A DNA stretch of 62,924 bases, filler included, from Pelomyxa schiedti (taxonomy: Eukaryota; Protista; Evosea): NCBI GenBank assembly GCA_020536535.1. It is 9 parts of 9 records of this genome, joined end to end, with 100 filler letters (N's around TTAATTAATTAA, not from the genome) between each part and the next. Parts side by side here need not be neighbours in the genome. Positions count along the whole stretch, not along the records: positions 1 to 29,355 come from JAHLWZ010001011.1; 8 more parts are not named here. One strand, given 5' to 3'. The notes beneath the pieces were generated by a model. The model made no database searches, was not told where the DNA came from, and saw only the letters and a list, made by a program, of their open reading frames with translations. Shown piece after piece: positions 1 through 13,725 of this stretch. Made by a program: the position numbers and the translations under genes. Position 1 is the first letter of the stretch, and each line of letters starts with the position of its first letter.

Positions 1-93
1 GGGCCAGTCATGAGTGCCTCGCAATTAAGTGGGGTTTTCCTTGGAACAATTCGCGTTGAGAAACGTCATCATTTTTATTTTGTGATTGCCTCG

Positions 94-1394
94 TTAGAGG
101 AAGAATCTCTTCCTGGTGGTCTGGAGCTGCTTGCGGAACAAAAAGATGAACTCACCGTGTTGAGTATCAAGAGTTCCCCTTTGTAGTGACATGAGCTTGA
201 GTGCGAATCTCGGTCCTACTTCTTGCAGCCTAGTCACCACAGGTGCTTTTTTCTATGCGGTGTGGTGAGATTTTGATCTTCTGGAGTGCGGGATGACTTA
301 CCTTTTGGAACTCTGTCTCGGCCTCTGCGAACTCGTACTTGTGGTGTCTGAAGAAAATGAAATCTCTTTGCACATGGAAAGTGGCCACCCTATGTGCTCT
401 GAATGCGGGCGTCAAGCTGAACATGCTTGCAAGAAGGCGGCCAACTGAAAGTCCGAGCCTCGTGGAAAAGTTGTTAAGGATGAGCTCGCACGGAGGACCA
501 CCATTGTGCGCGTGATTCTGTGCGAAAAGCCAGCATAGTAAATTAACTAGCCCTTACAATTGGGGACAGATACCTTTATTTTTTTGGGCATAACCAGATT
601 CAGGATTTTAAATCGTGCAGTGGGCCCATCAGGCAAATGAACGAGAATCAAGTCGGCTGGAAAGTGTTGAGTTGGAAATTGCATGCAGTTGGGCTCTCAC
701 TTGTTTTCTTTCTGAATTCGTTCAGTACCAATAAATTAGTGAAATCCCGATGTTTTGCATATTTGATAATCTCCTGTATCTTGTACTTTCTTCTTGGATA
801 AAACGTAGCATTTACAAATATTTTGGAAAGACACAAGGCAACATGGATTACATGCTTCAAAGAAAGTGAGACACTTAACAAAGTAATAAGAGAAACCTAC
901 TCTCGTGGGGCCAACGTTAGTTGTGATGATCATTTTAGGAGTCGTTTGACCTCTGAAATACGAGGCGAACTCGTCTAAAGAAACTTCCTAGTGGCACGAA
1001 GCTTAGTATGCGGAGGGGTTTTAAAAAGTCTACCTCCTGGACTTCGGTGTCTCCAGGTTCTACCACAGTAGGATCTATTTCCTTCGTGTTTTCGATGGTT
1101 CGTTGGACTTTAGATGGTGGGATCTGCGAGAGTGTCAATGCACACTATTTTTCGCCACAGCGGTGCATGTATACCACATCGGCTCCCAGTTTCTTCGCCG
1201 CCCTTTTTCTCTCTGTCCTCTCTTGGTACTTTTTTTCCTTCTTGTCCCTCTTCACCTTGTCGACAAATTGTATTCCTTACAGAGCGTTACCACAAGTAGA
1301 TCTCGTTGTCGAACATACGTTTCAGTCTGTTTCTGGTTCGTTGTCGCTCCTCGCCTTCGTCCTCCCGCCCATTTTCGTGCCCGTCTCGCCCCAT
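94..1394 (-). CDS. RPF1: Ribosome production factor 1 (Brix domain), multi-exon
   Basis: Hand-spliced: MGRDGHENG..., [63 protein letters not shown]-terminus TTRKRFFL*. All introns checked are GT-AG. Confidence 0.93.
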
Positions 1395-1471
1395 TTATTT
1401 TAAACTTCGACAGGCAACTGCTGCTAAGCTAAACAATTCACATCTGCTAATTTAAATCTGGGATCTCTTCA

Positions 1472-3865
1472 TCACTCGTTGGGCGGTCCGCGGCTCAAAT
1501 GGTCCTGGAGGACGCGGTGAGCTTCCACAATCTTTTGCCTGAGGTCGGCAGCGCCCTCCTCTGTGAGCAGTGCACGGATGACGGGCACTCCTAGTGATTG
1601 CAAAAGCATGCCTGTCACTCTCCCAGCAAGGCCAGGTGCCACTAGGCTCTCAACAACGTGGAAGAGTATCTCCCCAACCTCCTGCTTCTCATCAACTACA
1701 GGCTGGAATTGCAGTGGGGTTTGCTGCAGCACTTGAGTTAGGTGGATAAAAGTGTGGAGTTTAAAAGAAGAAAGACACCAGTGGAGAAGACTGCTCGTAT
1801 CCATGTAAATGGCGGACTGTATGATCCATTGCTAGCTTGCCTGCCTTTGCTGCCTTGCCTGCCTATGTGAAGAGTTAGGGTCCTCTATTTTGGTGGTACT
1901 TACCCACGAATCTGGATGTGGGTGGTAGTATTGTGACATTTGAGCTTGGGGGTTTCTGGGATGTTGTTGCTGAGGGTATCTTTGGGGACTTGGGTATACA
2001 GGAGTTTGAATGTAGGGCATCTGGGATGGTCCTCGGTAAGTGGATACCGGACTCATTGGAGGAGGTAGCCATCCAGGAATTGGAGGATATATCGGGAGTG
2101 GCATACTAGGCACTGTCTAGATTGAAATTAAGTTATTATTTTGGGTTACTGCTTTCTTACCAAAGGGTAGCCCCAGAGAGCAGGTGGATAAATCCCCATT
2201 GGAGTAGGAAGTGCCCTTGGCTGTGAGTATGCAGCCGCCAGTTGTAATCTTCGTTGTTCCTTCCTTCTCAGGTCGTCAGTTAAATTTAGAATATGTTATA
2301 ATTAAAACTTTTGATGCATGGCGACATAGAGAGGCTTTCCTCTGAAGGCTTGGCCGTTTAGATTATGAATAGCACGTTGACACTCGTCTGCTGTGGAAAA
2401 TTTGACAAAGCCAAAGCCCTTAGACAGGCCTTTCGAGTCGCGCATCACTGTGGCGGACTGAACTGCACCATAAGGCGAAAATAGGTTGGTAAGAACTTCA
2501 TCAGTTACACTGTCGACCAAGTTCCTGACGTATAGATTGGTTCCCACATTGGGAGCAACAACTCCTGGAGTTGATGGTTCCAATTGGCGTCTCAACTCGA
2601 CAGAGCGCTCAGTCTTGATTTGGTGGCGGGCAACATATAAAAGTTCTGTCCCCGAAGTATAGCCTTCCACCGATTTCTGATTCAAACAAAGGGCCTGTTT
2701 GGCTTGTTAGTGGGAAAATATGTATGTCGGTGGTACCTTTTGTGCATCTTCATGATTTAAGAAATTGACAAAGCCAAACCCTTTCGAGTTACCAGTTTTA
2801 TCACAAGCTACAAGGCAACTGGTAATGGGCCCAAATTGTTCTGAAAGAAACGGTCATGTATTTACAAATTAATTTTGAAGGCACACCGAATAGTTTTTGC
2901 AGTTTGGATGCATCAACACTGAGATCCAACTGCTTTACATATACATTGGTAAATTTGATTTCCTTTTCGGTTCTTGGCGCTTCATTGCGTTTCACAAATG
3001 GCATCACCATTCTGAGGGAAGGTTTGTGAAGGTGCAAGCGTGAGGGAAAATGTACATGTCCTTCCCAGCAAAAGATTTCCCATTCCATTTGCCAATGGCA
3101 GATTGTGCGTCCACTACCTCTTTGAAATGGACAAAACCGTGCCCCTTTTTTTGGTGCACTTTGCACGACAAAATTGGACCTACTTCCCTGTCTTGGGCGT
3201 CACTGAAACGAATAAGGAGACAATATCCAAACCTGAAAGCCTCAAACAATTGCTGACTGGTAACAGTATCAGGAAGATTCTGGATAAACACATTACCCTC
3301 GCCAGACCGCCGTAATGATGGGTCACGGTGTATCCTGGAAGCAAGTAAGTTGTCTTGTATTTTATGTACCGAATGAACCTACCACATCAAACGGCATGGG
3401 ACATTGTGAATCTTAGTATAATTCATTGTGGTAAGAGCCTTTTCAGCTTAAAGGGTGAAATTGGGAAATGGGAGAGCGAAGCGAATTAGTGGTAATTCCA
3501 CAAGCAATGGGGAGACTCATACCGTCAGCGAAAGTTTCAAAGTTGATGTAACCATAACCCAGAGATTTCTGGGTTGACTTATCGCGACACACGTGCACAG
3601 AGCGGATCGTGATAGGAGCGAGTGCTTGGGCAAAGTGCTCTTCAATCATTTGGTCAGAGACTGCAGAGTGCAAATCACCAATATAGAGTGCTGGAAACGG
3701 GGAAACTGGTTCCTTTCCTGACGACGCCGTAGAGCTGCTGGTGGAGGTTGCCGCTGTTCCCATCGGCGAGATCTCGGTTGAGGAAGGTGATTGCGGCTGC
3801 ATCGCTTGTTCTTGTGGTTGGGCATTTATGTTCTTTCCTTGTCGTAACGCTGCTGTTGGGTCCAT
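1472..3865 (-). CDS. PABPC: Cytoplasmic poly(A)-binding protein (4 RRMs, Pro/Gln linker, MLLE domain)
   Basis: ALYIGDL...[41 protein letters not shown]...SKGFGFVKF, and C-terminal KQEVGEILF...AGRVTGMLL (MLLE). Confidence 0.92.
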
Positions 3866-4197
3866 GTTTGTGTTCTATGGTTTGTTTTTTTTTTAATGGG
3901 GCAATGATCTTGCAAGCCCTGCGCCGGGGAACTAAGATGCCAAGACTAAAATAAGACAAACAAAACCGCCCAGTGCCGCGACCAACAAAAAGGACCACGA
4001 AAACAACTTCTTAGTCATCTTCTCGCTGTTTGCTGCCCACCAGCTGAGTAAACAAGCCAGACTAAGTTGGTGCCGCCCACATCCCTGGGCTACAGGAAAA
4101 AAAACCACCTTTCGGGAGAAGAGAATCAATCGAACAAACACAAACACCAAAAAAACCTGAACATCATCACCATCGTCTGGTGTCAGCTGTGAGTTAC

Positions 4198-6150
4198 ATG
4201 TCGGACTCTGGGGACCGCAGTAGCGACAGCGAGTCGCTGCCTGTCGGCCGGAGATTGGTGTTCACGGGGAAGACGCTGACGGACTACGACGACGGCGGGG
4301 ACGGGGACGGCGACGGCGACGGCGACGCGGACGAGTTTGACGAGACGAGCAGGTTGCTGGGCGACCGCCGCCGCGAATCTGCATCCGCGTCGGGGTCGGG
4401 GTCGGCGTCGCGAAGCCACAAGGCGATGAGCTCAATTGTGGTGCACTTTGATGGCAAAAAGTCGAAGGCCGCATCGATCAACGCTATGGCGGAGGAAGGC
4501 GCGACGGAGGAGAGCATGAGAAGGACAAGGTCGCTGATGAGGCTCTCGGAGCTGCGGACCTCTATTAGATCGAGCGGCGAATGGGGCAGCTCTGGGTTCT
4601 TCGATATGATACCTGGTGCCTTCTGGTTATTCATTTCTGCCCTCTCTTTCTTTTTCTTACTTTTTTTTTTTTTTTTTTTCCCTTTATTTTTTCTTTCTTT
4701 TGTTTGTGTGTCTTACTTCTTTCGAATCACCAGACGAACTTGTTATCAAAATATTACTGTTTACGAACATTCGGACAATTGCAAAAATATCCGAAGTTCT
4801 TCCGTATTACCATTCAACACATCTCATTCATGTAGACATGCACAAGACTCTACTCTTTGGCTTGGGATCTAGGACTTTGGAATGCCATTGCCAAGACGAA
4901 AAGTTGGAGTGAAAAGCAATCGAAGTCGTATTACATATCCAAGTATAATCTTCCATGTATCTTTGTTGACACTTGAGTAATCATGCTTTTCAGATACCAG
5001 CAACATAAAGCCCAGAAGGAGGCAGATAGAAGAGCAGCGATTGCTGACCGTGAGCGGCGTAAAATGGAGGTGGGACGGGAGTACGTTACAATATAATGTG
5101 ATTATGGTGATGGGGAGGTGTATTGTATGGTGACTTACGAAAATAAGGACAAGAAACGAAGAGCAACGAATACTGTGTTATGCCTCTCGTCTCGGATATG
5201 GGAATGGTTTTACATGCTGCTGATTATCCTGTTCTTTGTAGCAACAACACTCAAGCTTGAATATGTTGTAGATTGGCCTTGGATTGCCGTAGTTTCCCCT
5301 TTATTTGCCATTTTTGCGCATACGTACCTTTTCGTGGGGGTGAGTTTTCATGGTGCAATGTGATGTAACCCTAACCAATCCTTAGGTATTTCTCTTTCTT
5401 CAAAGAAAGTACCAATTGAATGAGATTGTACCCAAGGAGTTTGAGTGTTATAGGCCTCTTTTTAACAGCCTATGGTTTCGTGGCTATGGCTTGGATGGCA
5501 GCCAACTTTGTGCCTGCTTCTCCCCTCTTATTTTGATACTGCCCTTCTTTACTCTTGTTGTGATTTACATGGTCATTGGCGACGAGTACATTCCCGCTTG
5601 GACTTTACCAATCCCGCTGCATCTCATCTCCATCTATCTTTGGGTTGTGCCCAAAGCGGCACAAGTTGGATGCGGGTGCGACGGTCCCAAGCAACTAGCG
5701 TGGCAAACTTCTCTCTGTGCCGGAACGGCCTTATCCACATTCCTAGCCCTTATGAGTGTCAAGCTAGCATGGCCAACCTCTGTCGGGTGGCTTGGAGTTA
5801 TACTGCCCCTCGTTGGACTGGAAGTTTGGATGGTTGTTCTGCCACTGCTTCTCGTCATTGGCCAGTGCTGCTGCATTGATATGGACGACGACGAGGTCGG
5901 GGCATCACTGGCCTACTTTGGAATCACAGCAGTGCTCGCCGCGCCGCTCCTGGCCTTTGAGTTCATGCTCAAAGGCCGGGTTGCCCATCGATTAATGGGC
6001 AACCCGGCCTTTGAGTTCATGGCCGCACTGACATATGACTCGTACAGGGATTACCGCTGGAGCGTGATAATGATTCCATGGTACCTCATCACCACGCTCT
6101 TCATGGTCTTCGCGACTCTGCTAAGTTTCGCCATCTTCTGTGATTGTTGA
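4198..6150 (+). CDS. F-box plus TMEM185/TMEM60-like multipass membrane protein
   Basis: Splicing 4615^4734 and the next intron gives IPDELVIKILLFTNIRTIAKISETCTRLYSLAWDLGLW (F-box pattern). It is followed by repeated LKLExxVDWPWIAVVSPL / VKLAWPTSVGWLGVILPL / YRWSVIMIPW transmembrane units. Confidence 0.7.
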
Positions 6151-6214
6151 GTTTTTGTTTAAAAAAAAAAACAATAAAAAGCGATTTGGTTTTTCCTGGA
6201 AAACTCTAACAGCG

Positions 6215-9200
6215 ATGTCCGCCACCACGGGCACTGCTAGCAGCACGACCGTAAGTTCCACAAACCTCGATTGTGGGAGCGCCACTGCAGCTGCGCCTGG
6301 GGACGGGGTGTGCGGGGTGTGCGGGGGGCGAGCGCGGGAGCCGGTGGTGCTGCAGTGCCGTGCGCCGCCGGGGCCCCACGTCGTGTGCCGCGCCCCTTGC
6401 GCGGCCATCCTCCTGCGAGCCGCCGTCGCCGCCCGCTCGTTCGCCACCGAGGTGTCGGCCTCGATCGAGGGCGACGCCAGGGCGAGAAAGAGGAGGGGAC
6501 CGCGGCGGCGCGGGGCGCGGGGCGCAGCGCCGCCCGACGAGGCCGCCGCAGACGCCAAAGGCAAGACAAAAGACGACGGGGGCCAAGCAGGGGCCCCAGT
6601 GCCGTCTTCATCGAAAACCGGGGGGACAGGAGAAAGAGGAGCAGGGGAACTCGGAAAGGGAGGTGGCGGGGGCCCAGGGTGCACTGCTACAACCGCGGCG
6701 AAAGCCAATAGCAACGCCTCGCTGTCAGCAGCAACAGCAACAACAGCAACAACAGCAGCAACAACAGTTGGGAGCACTACGACTGCCGCGGCCACACAAA
6801 CTACAACTGCTAATAACGTCGCTACCGGCACGGCAGCTGCAGTTATGGGTGGGAATGGTGGTGGTACAACTGAGGGTGCTAGGAATGCAAGGTGTATGCT
6901 CACTGATAGTTTTAAGCAAAGGTATGGTGCATGCCGCACTACCTCCTCGGCTTCTGAATCTAAAATGGGTGAAGGGCAACATGTGGTATGTTGGAAACCT
7001 GAATATTTTTTTTCCCCTGCAAGAAACCAAGTGATGCACAATTTAACATATGACAAATCAGGATTCAAGTAAGGTAGTTGTTCACTTTGCATGCCCTATT
7101 TGTGGAGATATTACTAGTATCCCTGCTGATAAAGGAGTCGATGCCCTGCAGGTTTGTGAGTAAGCTATAATTTGTGGAATTCTAATTTTTTTTGTGGAAA
7201 CTTTAAAGATGGATCTTGCGCTTCAATTGGCAATGGAGCAGAAAGAAAGGAGCCTATCTGAAGAAAGAATATGCATGTTATGCAAAAAACCTGCCAATGT
7301 TTTCTGTGATCTCTGTGGAATCATGTCCTGTGCCGAACCAACTTGTAATCTATTTTATACCCAACTTCATCGAACTATGAACCACTCTGTATGAAACAAT
7401 CTCTTCTATAATTGTCTACTTATTTTTTTTCAGTTTCATCCAACAAATCTATGCTCACCAACAGAACTCAGGTTTTTAGTTGCATCCCCCTTAACAACTC
7501 AAGTTTCTTTTGATGGGGTGGAACAGCTTTCGAAGGCAGGAGGAAGAACAGAGGGAATGTAAGGAACACAGAAAACCACTTGACTTGTTTTGTGTACAAG
7601 ACAAAGAGCCCCTGTGTTATCTGTGTCTGCTTGCCGGAAAGCACCGAGACGGCACAACTGGGATCCCTCACAAAGCAATCACCATCGAGGAGGCTGCCAA
7701 CGAATGCCGTACAGCCATCCAACTGGAACTTGACAACGCAAACAGAACAGTCAGCAGCCTGAAGGAATCGATTGACAAAATTCTCGTCACACAAGTCAAT
7801 CTGGAACAGGTGCTCTCTCATATGTCCCAAAATTATTCCCCCCTTTTTGCACGACACGTGCCTCTATCTTATTGGAAGTCGCCAACAAACCCTCTTCTTC
7901 ATTCCACCCTTGTGAGTACCAACTAACCAACCAGTCAATCAACAGAACTGCAGTTCCACAATGCACGATGTGTGTGAAAAGTTTGACAAATTGAGCAAGG
8001 AACTCGAAAAACGGAAGGAGGCACTGCTCACCGAGTGCAGTCAAATGTGTCACACAACTGGTATGAGAGTCTACCCATTGATTGTGTTAAATGTTTTTAC
8101 ACTGCCATAGCACTACATAAAACCATCACTGCATTTTTTTGGGGCACTCGGACACTCCCATCAATAACCAACCAAAGGACAACTCTTGGTTTGTCAGCAT
8201 GAAGCATTGGCAGCCCATATGAAGAAAACAGAGGCCACGATAACAGCAGCAACATCACTGATAAGGCTGAAGGATTGTCCCTTGCGAATATTCCGTTTGT
8301 TTGAGCCTACAATGAAATCTCTTGCATCTGCCAGCTCCAGTCAGGTTCCTCCCACCCTAAATGCCCCCCTCTCAAATCACACAAAAACAGATTGTGGAGC
8401 TGTCAGAGACTTGTTGCCAATCTGAAGTCTCTTTCGCGCCAACTGGTGCAATCGCCCAAGCAATTTCATCTTTTGGATCTTTCACACTTGGCTCTGGTCC
8501 AATAACAACTGGAGCTATACGAAGCCCATCAAAAATTTCTATCCCCATGCATGTACCACCATCCAGTGTGCTTTTTTCCTTCGATTTTATTTTGTCTCAC
8601 TTTCTCAGATAACCAAAAAAGAGATTTGACTTTTTCTGCAAATTCACCGGCAGCTCAACACATACTTCTTCAAGCAGGTTAGCTTTTAGTTGCTTCTTTA
8701 ACAAACATTTTTTTCTTTTGTCTTTACAGATTCCAGACAGATGTACAGTTGGGGGAAAAACGACTCTGCACAACTTGGATTTGGTGACATATTAGAGAGG
8801 AATTCTCCCGAGCATTCGCTTACTCCACTTTGCGAAGTTCACATAACCGCTCTTGCTTGTGGAGCGAACTTCTCTGTGGCTGCCTTAGGTTGGTCAACTC
8901 TCATCTCATTAAAGAGTAACCACAATTTTAACTGCAGAATCTGGGCATACTTACTCTTGGGGAGATAATAAGAATGGTCAACTTGGTTTGGGTGATAATG
9001 CTCTCAGAAACACCCCTCAGGAGATCCCGGCACTCCGAGACAGAAGGGTAATGCTCATAGCATGTGGCTGGAATCATACCATTGTTTTACTGCGTGTGTT
9101 GCCCTGTAATTCAATGCAAAAGTACTCACATTCTCTAGAATCAAATGAAGTGTTCTCATGGGGTTACAATGATCATGGTCAACTCGGTATAGGTTACACC

Positions 9201-10321
9201 ACCCAAAGGAATACACCACAGGAAATTGTATCTTTGAGAGGAAGGACTGTGGAGCATTTGGCTTGCGGTGGATATCACAGTCTGGCTGTTGTTTCATCAC
9301 TGGGCACTTCATCAACTAAAGCCAAGTCCGCAAAAAAACCTGTGGCTTCTAGTTGGCGTGTCTTTGTATGGGGATACAACAGTACTGGGCAATTAGGACT
9401 AGGTGATGTGCGCAAGAGGAAGTATCCAGAGGAGATTAAATCTCTCCGTGGAAAGAAGATTACATGCGTTTCTTGTGGTGGACGGCACACTGCTATTGCA
9501 ATGGGTAAGTTTGAAATACTTCTTCAAATTCAAAGATTTACTCTATTTTTTAGAGTCAGGTGAAATGCAAGTGTGGGGATACAACCACTATGGCCAACTT
9601 GGGCTTGGTGACAGAATCAATAAAAACAAACCAAAAGTAGTGGCATCTCTAATTGGCAAAAAGGTTACCAGCCTTGCATGTGGGTGGCACCACACTGCTG
9701 CCCTAGTCGCTGCTGGTATGTACACTTCTTGCACATTATTGAATCATTCATCCATCTTCTTTTCCATGCATCAGATGCAGATGCAAATGGACAATCCGGA
9801 GGAGGGACAGTGTGGTGCTGGGGTGCCAATGACCACGGGCAGATTGGAAGCGGCAGCGCAGCCGATTACGCTACTCCGCAGCAGCAAGTGAGTGGGTTTG
9901 ATGGCGGGGACTCTATTATTGCTGTTCTAGCTGGCTCACATCACACTACAGCTGTTTCGCGTGTGTAATTCGTTTATCATTTCCCCCAACACTCTTATGA
10001 TAAGTTGCAGAGCTTGGCAAGGTGTATGTATGGGGTGAACTGGGCAATAACAAGAACGTAAGTACTGCAGTAGCCAAGGGTACACCACAGGAAGTTATTT
10101 GCAAAGTTGCTGAGAAAAAACCTGTACCTGATAATAATAAGCCTCCTCCCGCAGTGGAAGAAAAGCCAGACACAGAGAAGAAACCCTCTGCCGGTACCAG
10201 AGAAGAAAAGAAGGAACAGAAAAGCCCAACAGGTGCGGCAAAGACACCTACCAAAAGAAGTGCAGAAACAAAGGGCAAAGAAAAGGCCAAGAAAAAACCC
10301 GTAGAAAAAAAGGGCCATTGA
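6215..10321 (+). CDS. TRIM-like RING, B-box1, B-box2, coiled-coil protein with C-terminal RCC1 repeats
   Basis: CGVC..LQC....H..C...C plus distal CPIC; CMLCKKPANVFCDLC; CKEHRKPLDLFCVQDKEPLCYLCLLAGKH; several WGxNxxGQLGLG / ACGxxHT RCC1 repeats. Confidence 0.85.
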
Positions 10322-10460
10322 TGCTTCTTCCATTAGTGGATCCCACCTCTTTGGCTACAAACAACAAAGACCCTTCCTTTTAATCCTCTTCCCTTTATTT
10401 TCTTCACACCCGAGCAAGGCACGCCCAAACACCCAACTTGTTCCATTCCTCGAAACAAAA

Positions 10461-12393
10461 ATGATGCATCATCTGAGTGAGTACCTTCACGGGGTTGGGA
10501 AGGCTGTGGTGCACGTGTGGGCTGCAGGGGCCGTGGAGAGCCACCGAAGGGAGCCGGATTGTGGGACGGCGGCGCGCGGGGGGCCGGCCATGAGGCTGTT
10601 CCGAGAGGCCAGGCGTGGGCCACAGTGCGTTGACGTGGCGTTAATGCGCGGTGGCGACCGGCGGGGAGCCATTATGGGTGAAGGCGGTGGCTACGCCGCG
10701 GCCACGAACAAGGGCGTCGACGACGTTGTTGTTGCTGTGAGGCATTTTGGGAATGATGGGACAATTGAGTGTATGCAGTGATTTTAGCTTGTAAAGTTGG
10801 TTATGTTCTTATTTTATTTTTAATTTTGTTTTTTACATTTGCGTATCACACTCTCTCGTTGCTGGCTTGTTTTCACCTTGGTATTAATTTTTCCAAAGGT
10901 GCGGAAGTTTGTATCAAGGTACCGGTGTGCCTGTTCCTTCCACAGTCAGGAGAATTTGCAACGTTGGTTACAGTGAATGATGACTGCTCTGCAATTGTAA
11001 ACAACTATTGACAACTTTGCTCCTGGGTTGGTGACTACTATGCAGGTTCAACTGCTCCTCCATCCTGATTCACGGACCGACATCACGCGGGAGATAACCC
11101 AAAACCCAGGGGGCAATTCCATTGAGACCGCGCCTATAAATGTTCTGGAATCAAATCCTTCTACGGTTACTTTGAGGTGCCGATTCTGTACCTCAAGAAT
11201 ACAGCACACCCTGTTTCTGGTTGATATACTTCACCACTTTACTTGGCTGTACACACTTTTTTCTTCTTCCAGCGCATTCGCTCTTTGCCATCTCTGTACT
11301 GGGAGGAGCTTTCTGACATGTGGTTTTGCGATCATCCTCATGCACAGTCACACCCTCACGAAACTTGCACTTCATCTCAGACGCATCATGGAATTGCTGC
11401 TCGGGGGGATTTGCTTGTTGGGGCGATGGAAGTAGTAATTAAAGGAGATTGCCTACAATCATGCGAACTTGACAGCACCGTTCTTCCTCCTCACAAGGTT
11501 AATTCTCTCTCTAAACTTTTAAGTTTACCATGTTGCCAGATGAATAGTCCCTCGAATCTCCCAGTAGCCTTACGATGTTCTGCTTGCTGGCACCTGCTTG
11601 GATTCCTATTCACTGAGTCGATGAGGGAAGCTGCTACCAACTTGAGCGAGAGTGATATCCATTTGTTCCCTCATTACCTCACAACGTCTGCTACACAAGA
11701 TATGGATGAAAATATGTTCCGGTTAGCTCCCCTTCTCATGAAATAAAACACTCAATACACATATAGAAAGTATTCCCTTGAGACCTATTGTGCCAACTTT
11801 TTGCGATCTACTACACAGTCACATGCATGTTACAAATACAGACTTGTGGATCAGAGTCTCACAAATGTGTATTCACTAGTAAGAATTCCCATTCCGTGCT
11901 TCCAGCTTACTGGCTTCCAGATCACTGTTATGAATACCAATATGAGTATACAAGCTAACAGCTTGATACCGCCATCCGACCCCCAATGTGAGCTTTTTCT
12001 CATCATTCTAAATGTAACTGCCGCTCCAAGGTGTGTTCCCATGCGTGAAGCTATTGTATCAGGTTTGTGTGCCATCAACACCTCAGGCAAGCCAGTAGTG
12101 TTCCTCCAGCGGTCTTTAATTTTCTCACACAGTAACAAACAAACAAACAACGCCAGGAATATACAACTATGGTCAGAAGGTAAAGTAGAGAACCTGGCAC
12201 TCATGGAAGAAGAATGCGTCGACCTCCTGCACATACTTCGAGGTATTATTACCGCTCATTTCCCCCAATGCATGGCATGTTACTCACTACACCCAAAAAA
12301 AATTCAGCCAGCACGGCATGCCTGCCGCCGATATGCCGTTCCTCTCCCCTCTCCGCGTCCTCGTGCGTTGGTTACCTCCGTCTCTCATTGTGA
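10461..12393 (+). CDS. UBE3D / ubiquitin-conjugating enzyme E2C-binding protein-like (HECT_2 family)
   Basis: LRCRFC, LPSLYWEELSDMWFCDH, LRCSAC, and spliced C-terminus STACLPPICR...VGYLRLSL*. Start codon uncertain. Confidence 0.75.
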
Positions 12394-12584
12394 TGGTGTG
12401 GTGCCATCTAATTTCCCAATTTTGTACTGCCTTGATCTCTTTTTTTCGGAGCAACCCCGTTTCTTCTCACAGACAACGAAAAGGAGGAAAACACACAAAA
12501 AAGTTTCGAAACAAACAGAAGAGAAAACAAAACAAAACAACAAACGAAAAACAAACAGTTTGACGACGAGCGACGATCGAGGCG

Positions 12585-13696
12585 ATGAACGCGTGGGCGA
12601 TACTCAAGAAGATCCGGGTGACGTATGTCGTAGACTGGGTGATCTGGGGAATGATTTTGGCTCTGGGTCTTGGGTATTGTCATTCCTGATCTTCACGTCT
12701 CTGTCTCACCAGTGGCTCTTTTTTTTTTTCTTTCCCCTCGTGCTTGTACGGCAGATTGGGACTGCTGAAGCCGCATGTGAACGATTTGCCGTTACCTACG
12801 GATGATCCCACTGACAACCCCAACTTTATGTACCCCTATCACGAGAATACAGTGCCGTCCTGGGCTGCCGTAGTTGTTGGCTTTGGGTAATAGCCATTTT
12901 ACATATTTTTATTTTCATGCGCTGTTTACAGTCATTTGTTAACAAAATACTTGCACAGGAGTTCAGCTGTGGCTGTGATTGCCGCCCAGGCTTTTATGAG
13001 GAGCTTGCATGATGTACACCATGGATTCCTTTCATTGCTGGAATGCGCCGGAATCCATATGTGCTTTGTTTCCGCTGGAAAAGCTTTTGCTGGCCGGTAC
13101 CGCCCCCATTACTTGGCACTGTTGGCCATGGTTCAGGCGGACCACTCCACCAGCAGCCAAGTGGCAGCGGACAAGGACTTGTGGGAAGGAATGAGGAGTT
13201 TCCCGAGTGGTCACTCTGCTGTTGCCTTTGCAGGTCTCGCTTGGCTGAGCTTGTACTTGGCAGGAAAGTTCAAGTGCGTCTATCATTCCTAACGTAATGG
13301 TGCAAAGGGACACTCATAGCCAACCCTAGGGTCTTCTCACCAAAAGGAGGAGAATCATGGAAGACAGTCATTTGCGGCCTACCACTCATGGCAGCCTGGA
13401 TTATCGCAATAACACGCACTAGGGACTACCACCATAACTTCTCGGATATTATGTGTGGTGCCTTTATTGGAATTGCTTGTGCCATAGTAGCGTACTTCAA
13501 CTTCTACCACTCTCTCCTGAGTGAAAACTGTCACCTACCCAAAGTACTTTTAGCTTCCACGGTCAAAATCAACACTAACGAACCACAGACACGGGACAAA
13601 AGACTGTGCCATAACTGGCTGAGCGAAGAAGAAAATGACGAAGAGGCAAATATCCCAATGGACCCCACAAAACGAAGCGACGAAAACGGCGCATAA
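12585..13696 (+). CDS. PAP2-family lipid phosphate phosphatase
   Basis: Catalytic motifs KAFAGRYRP, SFPSGHS and TRTRDYHHNFSDI, with transmembrane segments. Confidence 0.92.
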
Positions 13697-13725
13697 ATGT
13701 GAATAGTAAAATTGTTTTGTATTCC

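Noticed and set aside
1325-1372. In-frame TGA after ATG 1372, suggesting stop-codon reassignment
   Set aside because: The upstream ATG at 1394 gives an open frame that splices correctly; the standard code fits all genes examined.
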